A stretch of 64,000 bases of DNA from Rhizophagus irregularis (taxonomy: Eukaryota), in contig NC_089433.1 in NCBI RefSeq assembly GCF_026210795.1, forward strand, positions 186,001 to 250,000. Direction: 5' to 3'. This document shows, piece by piece, positions 38,696 through 52,080 of this stretch. Within the stretch, counting starts at the first letter, position 1; the number at the start of each line of letters is the position of its first letter. Under the pieces are notes generated by a model that was given only the letters and a program-made list of their open reading frames with translations, was not told where the DNA came from and did no database searches. A program made the position numbers and the translations under genes.

Positions 38696-40474
38696 TCTAT
38701 ATCTATAAAAAAAAAGCATTGTGCGACCGTGACGTTAAGACTACCCTGCATAAAAAGGTAAATTGGATCGTCCAGCATCATGTGTTGCGTCCTGTGCTAC
38801 AGATTTTTATATAGGATTCGAAGTGGCGCATTAATTAGCTTAATTGGGTAGCCCTAATCCCAATATAATTTTGAATTAGAACAAATTTATAGCAACTAAT
38901 CCGATTAGTAATTGTGATGTAAAAAACATAATATAAAAAATTAAACTCGTGACAATGAAATTCTTGTCATTTTAGAAGTCGTCATTTGTTTTTTTTAAAA
39001 AAAAAGTTTTTTTGGATTTTCCCATACGACGAATTTTTCTTTTTTTTTTAAAAAAAAAATATTTTTCGGTTTTTTTTTGAATTTTCCCACATGACGAAAA
39101 AAAAATCCTTTTCTTTTAATAAAATAAACCTTTTCTTTTAAAAAAATTTTACATTTAATTTTTAATTTCTAATGCCTGTAAAACTCTCAAAGTTTTAGGA
39201 ACCGGGATTTTACCAGGGGGAATCAAAAATTTCTAATAACAGAAATTACAGGTATTTAATAACTGCAAAAAAACCAAAAAAAAAATCCTTCTTTTTTTAG
39301 ATTTCAGTAGTTTTCTTGGTTTGTCTTCAGACACATGGAAGTTTGGTATTAAGGAAGGATTTAATACATTTCTTTTAATCAAACATTTCTAATGGTTTGA
39401 TTTTTCATTTTTTTTAGATGACTGAATAAGGTATAATTTACACGAACAGAGTTGTGGTGAGTATTTTTTCTTTTAAAATTTTTTTTAATAATATCACATT
39501 TCTTCATTTTTTATACAGTTTATTCATGATTCTGGATGCATGAAATTTTAGTAGGTTCTTTTAAAATGCTTCTTTTAACGTAATGTTAGTTAACAAAATG
39601 TTACTAATGTTTATTTTTGCATTCTGTAGGTGGCTTTTTCAGTCTTTCTGGACATGGAATTCGTAAGTGTATTTCATTAATTTTTTTATTTATTAATGAA
39701 ACGAAATGCTAACTAACATTTCATGTTTTACATTTTGTAGGTTAGACAGTTTTGTGACACCTTGGATGGATGCAAATTTTGGTAAATGAAATTTATCTAA
39801 CATTATTTCTTTAATGAAACATTATTGATGTTTCATTCTTTTCTTTTTTTTAGTATAGATGGTCAATTTTTGAGAACTTTGGGTAAGTTCTGAAAAATGA
39901 ATTTTTAACTTTAAAAAATTCTTTTCGTAATTACTAATCATTTTTTCATTTCTTCTTTTAAAGTTTTTTACTAGACACCAGAATTTTGGATTTATGATTT
40001 ATACTTTATTAGCAGATGCATGTCATCTAAATTGTGATAGGTTGTTCATTAAATATTTATCACAATATTAATAAAGTTTAAAATTAAAAAAAAAAAGATT
40101 TATGATTTTTATTTATTTCTTTACATTAGTGATAATAGAAGTGAAGAACAGTTAATGTAAACATACATTCAATTAATAAAATAATTAAAATAATACTGTG
40201 TTTGTATAAAATAATAATATGTGTTGTTATACAGTACATGTCAATTTACTGCACTTTTGATCAACATTAGTATTTTGATCAATTTGATGTGTTGTTTTGT
40301 ATGGTTAACGTGATCAGCAACTATTATAACTATTATAATAAAAAATGTTATTACTTTATTATTCCCTATTTACCACAAACTTTCAAATTAATACCAATAA
40401 CCATTCTATACTTTATAACTGATTTTCATAATCTTAATTAGCCAGGCCCGCGTGAAACGCGGGCATCCAGCTAG
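38696..40474 (+). mobile_element. Non-autonomous Helitron, apparently with both termini
   Basis: 5' end A|TCTATATCTATAAAA at 38696. 3' hairpin gcccgcgt-gaa-acgcgggc (40446-40464) followed by CTAG|T (40471-40475). Inserted between A and T with no TSD. The 5' end is less certain than the 3' end. Confidence 0.75.
39240..40075 (+). ncRNA. Putative multi-micro-exon spliced non-coding transcript unit inside the Helitron
   Basis: Seven consecutive GT..AG intron-like segments, several with ctaay branch sites, separate 24-45 nt exon-like segments. AATAAA at ~40070. No expression evidence is available. Confidence 0.4.
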
Positions 40475-40771
40475 TAACAGTGATAAAAATAGTCAAATTT
40501 TATATGGTCAAAACAATCTTAAATTATCATATCTTGAAAATTCATTAGGTAAGTATATTGGTTATATTTATTTTTTTTTAAAAAAAAATATTGAAAATAT
40601 ATTATTAATATTTGTATCATTAGGTGAATCACTACGGCCAAAATTTACAAACATGAGAGAGAAAATATAATTAACGCTACAGACGAAATTATTGATGCTT
40701 ATTTAAAAAGAAATAATCTTCTCTAAAATAAGACGAGCGCAGTCCACCCGTTTCACGAATTTTTAGGTTTG

Positions 40772-41464
40772 ATAGCTCCAGAAGTGATTCAAGCATTACT
40801 GTCAAGAAAAGTAATATTATCTTGTCATTTCGTAGTTCGTACAACGTCTATTAATGCACTTTGGAAATTCTGAAGGAAAAATTAAATTAAGATTCTCTTA
40901 GTACGGACAATATTATTAGAAATTTTATATCCCGAGTTTCACTAATAAGTTAGTATGATAAATTGATAATACAGTTTTTATTATTCAATGCGACCTTTAG
41001 TTTCATTGACAGTGAAACGACTAAGTTTACTTAATTCGGTTAGAATTATTTACATCGGCGTACACTAATCTCAGTTTCCCAAATTATCAAAATTAAACGT
41101 TAAAGTATTTAAACACTCTTTTTTCAATGGTACACGATCCTCACACATATGCTGTAGCGGCTGTGCCCACGCTCTTTTCACGCAGTAAGACTTCCTTCAA
41201 GAAAAGCATTATAATTTCGTTATTTCTGTTATATTATTGGTTAAAAGTAAATATTTGAACAAACGATCTCAAAAATTTATTTTATTTTTAATTTTTAATC
41301 ATTACGTAGAATTAATTACCTTGCGGTAAAAAGATTACTAATATTTGTAAAGCTAACTAGTAAAAGAAATTGTTGTAATTTTCCTTACTAATTTTTACTA
41401 AATTATTTTATATTAAATGATCGCAACTAAAGGAAACGATATGGAATTATTTCATTTTTTATCT
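40772..41464 (+). pseudogene. Fragments of an inverted paralog of the 41493-42428 gene
   Basis: 40772-40892 matches the reverse complement of ~42180-42298 (EVIQALLSRK...LMHFG). 41413-41464 matches the reverse complement of ~42006-42063 (ATKGNDMELFHFLS). Confidence 0.65.
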
Positions 41465-41492
41465 ACTAGTCTTCCTATAAATACCAAGTCTA

Positions 41493-42428
41493 TTAAGTAA
41501 TTAAATTCTCGTGAATCTTAAACAATTTATATACTTTTATTACAGGAATCGATTTGAGTGAACCATTTAATTTTGGTTTATTCAAGATATTTTCAAGTTG
41601 AAATAAGTTCACTAAGGCATCGCTGATTTCATTTAATCTATATTTAAATAAATAAAATGTCTCTTCCGTGAAAATATCAGTCAATTTAAATCCAAGATCA
41701 GTAACGATAGCACGTACACCAGGGCAGGTGGTGTTGGAGGGAATAATATTAAAAGAGCACCTTGCATATTAACATCGTTACAAATTCATGACTCTGGCTA
41801 CAACGTTTAATTGAAGACTGTTTTCGTTGGCGAATACTCCTCATGTGCTCTTGCTTGCATTAATTGAATATAATGTACTGTATCTTCATAAGTAGGACGA
41901 GGAGGGAAAGGTATAAACTTTTTATTGATAATTAAATCTTTTTTTATTTCATTGATATTTTGAAATAATTTTTGAGGACCGGAATTAATAGCGAGAGGGC
42001 CTGCGGATAAGAAGTGAAATAGTTCCATGTCATTTCCTTTAGTTGCAAGTTCTTGATCATTTAATATACTATAACCTTCAGTAATTAGCTTAGTAAAAAT
42101 TGGTACTAGCTCATGGTGACAGTAATTTATTTTGAAAAGCTCGAATTCTATCGAAGTTAACTTATTCACGTTATGTTCTATTTTAAGTTCGATAATTTTC
42201 CCATCATAGTTTCCGAAGTGCATCAATAGGCGTTTAACGAAATAACGAGATAAAATTTGCTTTTCTTGAGAGTAATGCTTGAATTACTTCTAGCGTTATG
42301 AAGCTATTTTCGAGTCTCACCGCATGGAAAAGTGCGTGTGCACGGCCGTATTTATTGATAGGCCACTCAGAATGTGACTTACGTGAGGGTGTTTTGATAT
42401 AAAATAATTGGTAAAGGAGTATGTACAA
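41493..42428 (-). pseudogene. Frameshifted member of a hypothetical protein family
   Basis: Three collinear protein-like ORFs (KYGRAHALFHAVRL; LMHFGNYDGKIIELKIEH...KKFIPFPPRP; FTEETFYLFKYRLNEISDALV) broken by frameshifts. Confidence 0.65.
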
Positions 42429-43484
42429 ACTTAGAAAATTCGATAATTAATTTATAAACTAGAAAATTTTTAAATGAATAATAATAACAATAACTACACG
42501 ATGAGACATACCGTCAATTTATATGATTTGTACTATACAAATTAACGGTGCTAGCGTCAAAATAAGGTTAAATCCGTTATTATTTTTCGCATTAAAGAAA
42601 TGTAAAAAATCAATTTGAATAAAAAATTATTCAAAAATTTATTGGAAACTCAACTCCTCAATCCAATCAAATATACATAAAAATAATTTTTTTTTGGTGT
42701 AATCTTTTATAAATGAAATAAAATAACAAAACAAACAATGAATTACAAAATACGTTGTTACGAATGCCTTTTTTTTAAAAATTATAGAATAAAGAATATA
42801 AAGAATCAAATATTTAGTTTAAGGTATCGGGACATGTATCCATGAAGATTTTATCAGATATATACATATGTACAGTATGTATAAATAATATATTATTATT
42901 ATTTATTTCGTCACTTAGACTTTTTTTTTACTATTTTTTTCGTTCTTTCACCTTTTTAGGTTTATGTCAATCTTTAGCCATATAACTGCTTAATTTATCT
43001 TCCCGGACAGAATTAACTTACTGATATTCCCCTTTCCCACTTTATTCAAAATTCTAAATTAATATATTCTACTTTATATTAAATTTTTAAATTTTTAGCA
43101 ACAAAAATAAATATATATAACATAAAAAATAAACAAATCACAGTAAAAATACAACATACGAAAATAAAAAAAATCGAATAAGAAATAACAAACTCTATAT
43201 CTATTTTAATATCTTCTATTTTTATCAAGTGTATATTTATCCCCACACACATGCACACATGATACCCTCACTATAAAACGCCGCACCACAATATCTTAGG
43301 TTATGACAAAAATAATTCTTCCCATGTGAGACCCCAAAACTAGCCCTCCATTCTATATCCTTTATGGATGTAGGCGGAAAACTGAAAGAGAAAAAATGGT
43401 TAACCTATGTACACTTGGTTAAGCAAGTAAGCATTATTATCAAAATCAGATTCGATCTGATCCGATTCGAATCATCCGAATAGC

Positions 43485-43896
43485 CAACAATTATTAGGAT
43501 AAAGCACGTAGAGATAATATCCTCAGCATAGGGGTGTTCGGCGAAATTAATGGTAAAAGGCGTTCGAAAATAATGGTAATCCCTATTTCTCCTCACTAAA
43601 CGCTGTAGGCCTCACCGGATACTATCATGTTTGTGATTGACCTCAAGGTACTACCCGTGTATCCTATAATTGAAGACAACCAGGCATAAACACGACCAGA
43701 AGTCAACAATTATCAGGATTAAAGCACGTAGAGATAATATCCTCAGCATAGGGGTGTTCGGCGAAATTAATGGTAAAAGGCGTTCGAAAATAATGGTAAT
43801 CCCTATTTCTCCTCACTAAACGCTGTAGGCCTCACCGGATACTATCATGTTTGTGATTGACCTCAGAGGTACTACCCGTGTATCCTATAATTGAAG
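43485..43896. repeat. Near-identical ~191-bp tandem duplication (period ~220 bp)
   Basis: 43485-43675 and 43704-43896 differ at about three positions. Confidence 0.92.
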
Positions 43897-44046
43897 GCAC
43901 CCAGTGAACAGATAAAAATAACAGACACTCACTTGTGAATTTAAGACCTCAGATTCCTTACTTTTGTTCCACTTGACTTTCTATTTGGGTGAAGATTTTA
44001 TTTCATTACTTCTTTTTTTCGCCAACTAATCCTGTGGGCTTGACCA

Positions 44047-44280
44047 GAGAAGATAGACCTAAAAAAAAGAGACAAAAAAAATAAGATAAGACACAACCCA
44101 CAACCCACACTTCCACACTCCCAACCCAAAGGGAAGACGTAAAGAAAAGGGGCTTAAAAGAAGACCTAAAAAAGAGAAGAACTAGACAGAGAGAAGATAG
44201 ACTTAAAAAAAAGACGACGAAAAAAACAAGATAAAACACCAAACACTCTCAAACCCACACACTTCCGCACTCCCAACCCA
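44047..44280. repeat. Diverged ~85-bp direct repeat in a strand-biased, retroelement-UTR-like region
   Basis: gagaagatagac.taaaaaaaaga...acttcc.cactcccaaccca occurs at ~44047-44128 and ~44190-44280. Confidence 0.7.
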
Positions 44281-45350
44281 TACAGTATAGATCGTCCCGT
44301 CATCTTTTTTTTTTGTTAGGAGAGTTTAGAACTCGGAGACAACATTAAGGACACTATACTTTGGAGAGTGGGTTTTAAGTTCGTGTATAAGTAAGTCTAT
44401 ACCAGTCATCCAAACATATTATTGTTACGTTTGATAATATCTGATTTCGCAAGAATTTTTAGTATATTTTCTTTGATGGTTTTTGTGTTTATTGTGTTGT
44501 AAAATTTTTCTTGAAAAAAAAAGGAAATAAGGTCATTTTATACATTTTATTGTTGTACAATTTTTTATAAATTATGTAATAGCAATACCCCTGGACGCGA
44601 TTTATTATTTTACTGGTTATTCTGATTATTAATCAAATTAGTAAGGTAAATATAAATAATATCAGACCGTTTATGCAATTTTTAAAATCCGTTACTAATT
44701 GTTATTATACCAGCATATCGGAATCTGAATAAAATCCGTTCATAGCGCAGTACGATAATTACTGAGCCATTTTTTAGCCACTTTTGGAAATGAATATCGA
44801 ACGGCTTTTCCCTTTCATCCGTCCTTGTCAGATTTTTCAGGAGTAGGCGTCCTTCAGATACTGCGAGACATCAGGGTAGAGAGTGACGGACAGAGAAATT
44901 TTTTACCGACACATAAAAATTGTCTACACGTCCTGTATAAAGATAACTAATCTGAAACTCTTAAAATGTTACGCGACGTCGCGACGTGACGACAATTATT
45001 GACAAATATAGATAAGATTGATCAGTAACATCAGTAACTTATGTTACTATGTTGACATTAAAGGCGCAGTGCTGTAGTGCTGTAATGAGTCATTGTATAC
45101 AAAATATACACATATACTATCGCATAATCATTTAATTATTTCATATTAGTACTATTGCGATAGTCAGACTATGAAAATTTATTTATTAAATATCAAATTT
45201 TTCTATTATATAAATCATTTATATTTTCGTTTATTTTTATAAATAAATGTTTTTATACTAATAAATTAATTATCCTTAAACCTATTACTATAAAATGATA
45301 CCTATAGAAATGATAATATAATTTTTCTAATTATTATTATTATTGTTAAA

Positions 45351-46262
45351 CTAGCCAGTATTTTATGGGACCCACCGTAGCACAGTTGAATTGTAGTGCG
45401 ATGGGTTGGTGACGTGATCATCTGATTTTTTATTTTTTTTATTTTTTATTTATTGCGCATAAAAAAATAATAATAAAAATGTTCACATAAAATAAATAAA
45501 TAATAAAAAAAATGAATATAATGAAATTTTTCATGTAACATTCATGCGGATAAAGTATTTTAATGAATTTATTTGTTATTTTTTTATTTATTGAATTTGT
45601 TATAATGCTGTTAAATAATAGGTAGGGACAGTTTTTGTTGAGAACATGTGGAAGTCTCTAGTATTCGTGAATGACATTAGGATAAACCATAAACGCTGAT
45701 CCATCGAGGTGAGATATGTTGACATTGTCCCATGTGGAGCACCTGCTGAGGGCGGACCAGAAGATATTACTGTCTAATGTGAGTGTGACTTTCGGTAGGG
45801 TCAATCCTTGAGTCTTGTGGACAGTGAGCGTGAAGCAATTTTGCAATGGAAACTGGGTGTGTCACGTTGTTATTGAAATAATGGGTATGTTTGTAAACAT
45901 CAACGTCTATTATTGATCCCCTAACACTCAGATACACTGTTCAGGTAGTTTTACGTTAGTAACTACTCCTATGGTACCGTTACATATACCATACTCGATC
46001 AGGGATTATTTAGGTACATCACGCGAGCCCCTGGTTGCAAATAAACGAAATTAGGTTGTTTTTGATTTGAATATGTGGCGTGAATGTAATGTGAGGGGTC
46101 CCATTGGTCAGAATTCAGAAAATTGGACACTTGCGATAGTAAGAAATTGTTGGAAGGAACAGTGAGTAAGTTAGTGTTGATTTGTTGGGTAGAATTTGTT
46201 CCATGTTTGTGGGGAGATGTTATTTATTCGTACCTCTTCTAAAAGTCGGTAGAAAGTCATAT
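45351..46262 (-). mobile_element. Helitron 3' remnant with a degraded PIF1-family helicase C-terminus
   Basis: FYRLLEEVR, LQPGARVMYLNN, YGICNGTIGVV, QNCFTLTVHKTQGLTL (motif V) and ALSR (motif VI). On the minus strand a hairpin (acccatcg...cggtgggt, 45416-45370) is followed by CTAG|T at 45354-45350. Confidence 0.8.
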
Positions 46263-46654
46263 CATGCTTCACCTCAATCCAAAATTCATTTGGTTCTCGG
46301 TTTTCCTAAATAATTATGAAAAATTACAGATTATTTACATAGTTAACATTGTGTTATTAGAGAAGTGCAAATAGAGGTCAAACGCGAAAAGTTCTTCATG
46401 CGTGCGATGTTCAGAAAATATTATGTATATATCTCATGTGAGAGTGTCATGATTTGATCATAAAATTCCGTTTTTTCCTAATATAAACATCCAAGTGATC
46501 TGTGTTATCAAACATTACGTAAAAAAAATCATTTTTCATAAAAAACGTTGGTATATTACGAAATTTTATTTTAATTTCTTACTTCATTAGTTTTAATTAA
46601 ATTTACTATTTATTAATTAAAAAATTTTTTTAAAAAATATAAATAAGACACTAT

Positions 46655-46732
46655 TAGGAGTAGGAGTAGGATTAGGAGTAGGATTAGGATTATTAAATAG
46701 ATTAATTAAATAGATTACTAAATAGATTAATA
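46655..46732. repeat. Compound microsatellite (TAGGAK)n then (TAAATAGATTA)n-like
   Basis: taggagtaggagtaggattaggagtaggattaggatt followed by three taaatagatta units. Confidence 0.7.
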
Positions 46733-49083
46733 AATTTACAACCATTTTTTTTCCAAATTCGCCTAGTAAAATCAAAAATTATACCTTTTTTATTAAAAAC
46801 ACTACATGATATAACACACACAAACCATACATAATAGGAAAAAAATAGTAGCTGTTCTATACTACAAAATTGTGATACATCACATTATCACATTTACACA
46901 GTAACTCGGGAAAATTTTACTCGGAGAAACTCGTGATATGTATATCTAAATAATATCATTTTTATTCCGTCGTATAATTTCTAATAATAGAATTTTTCAA
47001 TAAATTTATGAATTTAAATAGAATCTTGGTTTAAATTTTTCCATATTTGCAACTTGAACATTTTTTTGAGTTTTTGAATTTTTTATGTCATTTAGACTAA
47101 AATGCATATAAAAATTCATATATAAAGCGGATACAAGAGAATTTTTCTTTCTTTTAACAAAATACTTTCTTTCCTTTGGGCTTCTCTTCTCATATAATTT
47201 TTTTTTATTTGTGTATTTAAACATTTAACAAACCAATTGGAGGGGTTACTTGACTATTAAGTAAGATTATTCAAAAATTTATGAAAATTTCGTTAAAAAG
47301 TTATTTTTATAAAGCTGTTCTCCTTACGATCATTATGATTACTTTCTTCTTCAATATAACGTCAATAATGGATTAATTTATATAATAAAAAAAAATTTCT
47401 CGGAAGTCTTAATCCCTCTTTTTATGTACTGTGTTATTAATAACTCTCATAATGGAAAATATTGAAAGTAAAAAGAAGGAATAAAGAAATATTTACACAA
47501 TGAAATTTATTAAGTGAATTTATTGGTACACCGGAGTCGATCGAGTTGAATTTTATTTCGATATTTCGATGTGTTTTAAAATCAAATATTTTTTGACACG
47601 ATAATCGTTCGAGGAATACTTATCAATTCGTACAATATTATAATTGACATCCACCACATACATGCATGAATTGTATTTGCGCATCTTTTAACCACTGTTA
47701 AGTCAGTTCTATCAGAAAATTCGTTCCACTGGATAAAAATAATTTTGAATAATTTTAATACGAACTATTTGCTAATTTAGTACTGAAAAAATCTTTTGAT
47801 TTATTATTACACGATCGACAACTGATTATTTTTTTGTAGTACAAAACAATTCACACTATACAATTAAAACGTGATTTACTGTTGGTATATTATTTATTAA
47901 ATAAAGACATAATTTGACTCAAAAGTATTGAACTAAACCGAACGATGAGGACAAATGTTTTACGCATATAACGTGCTTTTTTTAGTAAAATTATTATTAA
48001 ATAGCGAAATCTTGGAATTGTTTGTGAAAAAATTTAACAAAAAAAAAAAAGAATTAGTGGAATTAGATCTGGTTGTTAGATGACGTATCAAAGAATTTTC
48101 TGTTTTGTAATCAACATCATAGTGAACGTTGCTATAACTCTTTAAGAACAGATTAATATTGAAGAATATGTGAAACACCGGTTTCTTCGATTGTTGTTCT
48201 TGATTGAAATGCACGGTTAAATGTGACTGTACAAAACGAGATACACATAGTCATATGGAATAAAAAATTTAATAAACGGGTTCTCATACAATCTATCATA
48301 TAACCATATTGCTTAGTGGGGAAAATGATCCTTCCGGCCAACTTACCTAAGGCTTTCTAAATTTATCTATTAGTCCTAAGAAATTGGCTTATAGCGTACT
48401 GCATGTTATCGATAATTAAATATAATTACGGGTTCTAAGAAGCAGGCACAAACGTAATTTTTCCCCAAAAGAGAATAGTTCTAGGCAATAGATAATTGCC
48501 TTGTTTCATAGCAACCAATAATATTCTTGTACGACCAATCTGATATTATGACTAATACATATCACGTAATTCAATAAAATTGGATTTTCACGTACGTCAT
48601 TGGATGTCGGTAAAATGGATACCCGTGAACCTAGCCAATTTAGGATTTTTTTTTTTTTAAATTGATTAATACGCACAAAGGTTTTCATAGATGTATACCA
48701 ACTGGTTTTTTATTATCATGATCAAACCGATGGGGTCTTCATTTATCCATATTTTGTAACCGGGAATGCTTTTCACGGGGTCTCCCAAAAATCCGACACC
48801 AAAATCCCGATAATTGGTTGACACGGTCCTATTTTAAAGATTTTTGATCATCAAAAAAAAAAAATCATTCCGTTAAAATACTGTTTTTCCAATAGTATTT
48901 TTTTAAAAAAATTTATGATCATCAAGTATTTGATAATAACGTAAAATTTATAATATAATTATAAATTACTAATAAATTTGGTAATATGTTTAAACTTTTT
49001 ATTCAATAATAAATTTAAAAATAATCTATAAACTAAAAAAAAATGTGTCGTGTGTATATATTTTTATGTTTAAAGCGAAACTT

Positions 49084-51160
49084 TTATGCTTGCTTTGATT
49101 TTTTTCTATCAAATAAAGAATTTGAAGTATATTTAATCAATTTGAATGCAATTCCAATAAGTGCAAGAATGATAATAAATAAAACTCCATAAACGTCAAG
49201 ATTATTTGCTTTAATAAATCCCATTCTAGACTCAGCAGGTATCCATTCTTTTAAAAAGTCGTCATCTAAATATTCATTTAAACCACTACTATATAACATA
49301 TATTCAATTAAATCGGCTGCTCTATATTTTCTATTACTATTAATTCTGGCTAGATATTTCATTCTCTTTGAATTCTTCTTTATATGCTCATCATTTAATA
49401 AGAAATCGATTTTATTTAAAATATCTTTGACATCCAAAGCATTTTTATTTATTGATAATGCTATACCGGCTGATTTTAATTTTTGAGCGTTGCCCATCTG
49501 ATCACCAGCAAAAGGTAACACTAACATAGGAGTACCAGTATAAAGGGATTCATGAGTACTTCCTGCGCCTCCATGGCTAAAAAATAATTTCGTATTGGTG
49601 TGATTAAGTACAGCGAATTGTGGTGCAAATTTTGTAATATGAATATGTGGATGTATATTATTTAAGATTGGTAAAGTTTGAACTTGTGTACCATCAGTAA
49701 AGGTTAATGTTGGATTGAATTCATCTTTTGATGTCTCAGATAATGCCCAAATTACACCATCAACTATTTTATTGTTGATTGCTTCAATAAGTGATTGTAA
49801 AATTTTGGTGTTATTCTCGATAGTTGCGAAGAAACGTGTACCAAAAGCTACGTATAAAACTCGTTTGTGTCCATTTATAAAATCCGAGAGTTCAGGCGTA
49901 AGTGGGGGATATTCTTCTGATAATACTGGTCCAATTTCCTATTAAATTGAAGAATGAAAAAAAATTAATCTTTTATAATTTTTGCTAAACTTCATATAAC
50001 AATCCGTCCATCATCCGCTATAGAAGTATCCGTCAGTTTAATAATCCGAAGGATAAGTCCTTGAATATCCTCAGATTTCGGACGGATTTAACGTACGGAT
50101 CATTAATTACCTGAACATTTGGTGCCGTAGATTGTGGTAACTTTAAAATAAAAAGAAAAGACCATTATTTTTATGAGATAATTTTATCTAGTTTGTTGAA
50201 CTAATTATTAAAATTATTAAAATGTAAATTACCTCAAAACCGAAGAAAGTATCAATCAAAGCTAAGGAAACTTTTGGCACTATTTCCGATACCGATTTTA
50301 TATTCATTTGGTCTCTTATGTCATTTAATTGACGCACAAAAGGCTTATAAGCATAAGCTATTTCTAAAGGTTGTATTAAAGTACACCTAAACCTTTCAAA
50401 AAATGATTCATTTTCTAATGAGATATTACAGCCGAAAATCGGATCAGATTTATATGATTTAGGTTCCATCACTAAACAAAAGAGAAATTTTTTTCGTTAA
50501 GTGAGTTTTGCTATTAAAAAAAAAAGGAAAATATGATTATTTATAATTACTTTGCATAGATGCAATAAAACCAACAACAGGTTTATTTAGATTATTGCCA
50601 ACATCTATGCAAGCTTGGCTTGCCAAAACGTCACAAATGAATAAATCAATATTATTTTCTTTAGCAGTATTCTTGAATTTTTCATAAGTTACGTTGTAGG
50701 CTTCCGTAGCTAATCTCATAAGATGTATCAATATTTTATAATCGTCGTTGTCTTTATGAAGGTTACTACTATTTTTGGGAGTCAGGGTCTTAGATCCCAA
50801 TGTGATTTGTTTTAGACCTGGATATTCTGATGACGGTTCATATTTTCCTGTTGTTAATAATATTACCTATGAATCGAGAATATAAATAGGAGAAACTTAG
50901 ACCGACGACCAAACCATTATCACGTAGAATAAAAGAAAAACCCTTACGTTGTGGCCTCTTTCAATCAATATAGTAGCGACATCTAACACTGGTTTAAGAT
51001 GGCTTCTTCCTCCAAGAAAAGAACCGACCAAAATATTTTTAGGCGAACGCTCTATATCAATATTTCTAGGAACGTAATCTTGCGCCACGGCATTAACGTG
51101 GACTTGATTTAATAATAGGATGAGTATCGGTAATAAGAAAATAAGATTTTTATTAATCAT
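49084..51160 (-). CDS. Membrane-anchored UDP-glycosyltransferase (GT1/UGT family)
   Basis: Signal peptide and GGRSHLKP. UGT signature FAPQFAVLNHTNTKLFFSHGGAGSTHESLYTGTPMLVLPFAGDQMGNA. C-terminal TM helix and a basic tail (RKKSKQA). Five exons including a ~30-nt exon at ~50141-50112. Confidence 0.92.
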
Positions 51161-52080
51161 TTTGATGTTTAATTTGATATTGGATATATTGAATCCAATA
51201 AAGGTAAAAACATCGCTTTATTTATACGTATTTTTTTTTATACTGATCGATTTTAAAATGCAAAATAATTTATTCGGTCAATCAATATTCCGAATTATTA
51301 TAATACTTTCCTTTCAAGTGATGATCTTTGCATTTTATGACAAAATATATGCATAAATTCAGATAATAGTGAATATTATAATTGTTTCAAAAAAGGAAAA
51401 AGGGGTTTCTTTAAATTTAAATTCTAATGATTAATGAAATGAACCGTAGAACAAATTTCTTTGATTTATCCGATTACGGATCTTTCATGGAAGGTCTTCT
51501 GTTTTTTATCTTGGAATGATTTTGGTTGATATGTTTTGTATCTTAAATTTATTTTTTGCAATTTGATGTAAATAAAATATTTAAAAATAAATTCATATAT
51601 AATTTACTTGAAAAAAAAGAATTCAAACATAATATAAACACATGATTGTTGTTGAAATGGTGAGTCGGATAAATTCATGTCAGGAGTTGGGTAATTTCAT
51701 GTCAGCCGGTTAATTTTCATGTCTCGGTAAATTGGATATCCGTGTAACCGCTGCAATTTTTATTAGTTACAGCTGATTTCAAAGAAGGTCGAGACACTTC
51801 GCAAATTTTAATGAACTCGAAAATATTCGGTAAAGCTTGATATAAATAAAAATTATACGCTAATTTTAGAGTACTATTCCGAGAATGGTGGTATAATTTT
51901 ATCTTATTTTGAGCTTTACTGAATATTTCCGAGTTCTTTAATTTGCTACATTATGAAATCGGCTGTAATATTACTGCAAAAATTCGAAATATAGTGTACA
52001 CTTGAAAATTTTTATTGTCGTTGTGTCGTTGTCGGGTACTCGGGTTACTCGGCTAGTCGGGATATTAGAAAGATACATAA

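Noticed and set aside
43500..43570. Faint resemblance to small-subunit rRNA (gtgttcgg...taaa, taaagcacgtag)
   Set aside because: Only a few short words match, in the wrong order, and no flanking universal rRNA motifs are present.
44006..44242. Hydrophobic 78-aa ORF resembling a membrane protein
   Set aside because: It is explained by T-rich strand bias and an internal direct repeat.
46655..46695. Interstitial telomere repeat
   Set aside because: The units are TAGGAG/TAGGAT rather than TTAGGG, so it is treated as a microsatellite.
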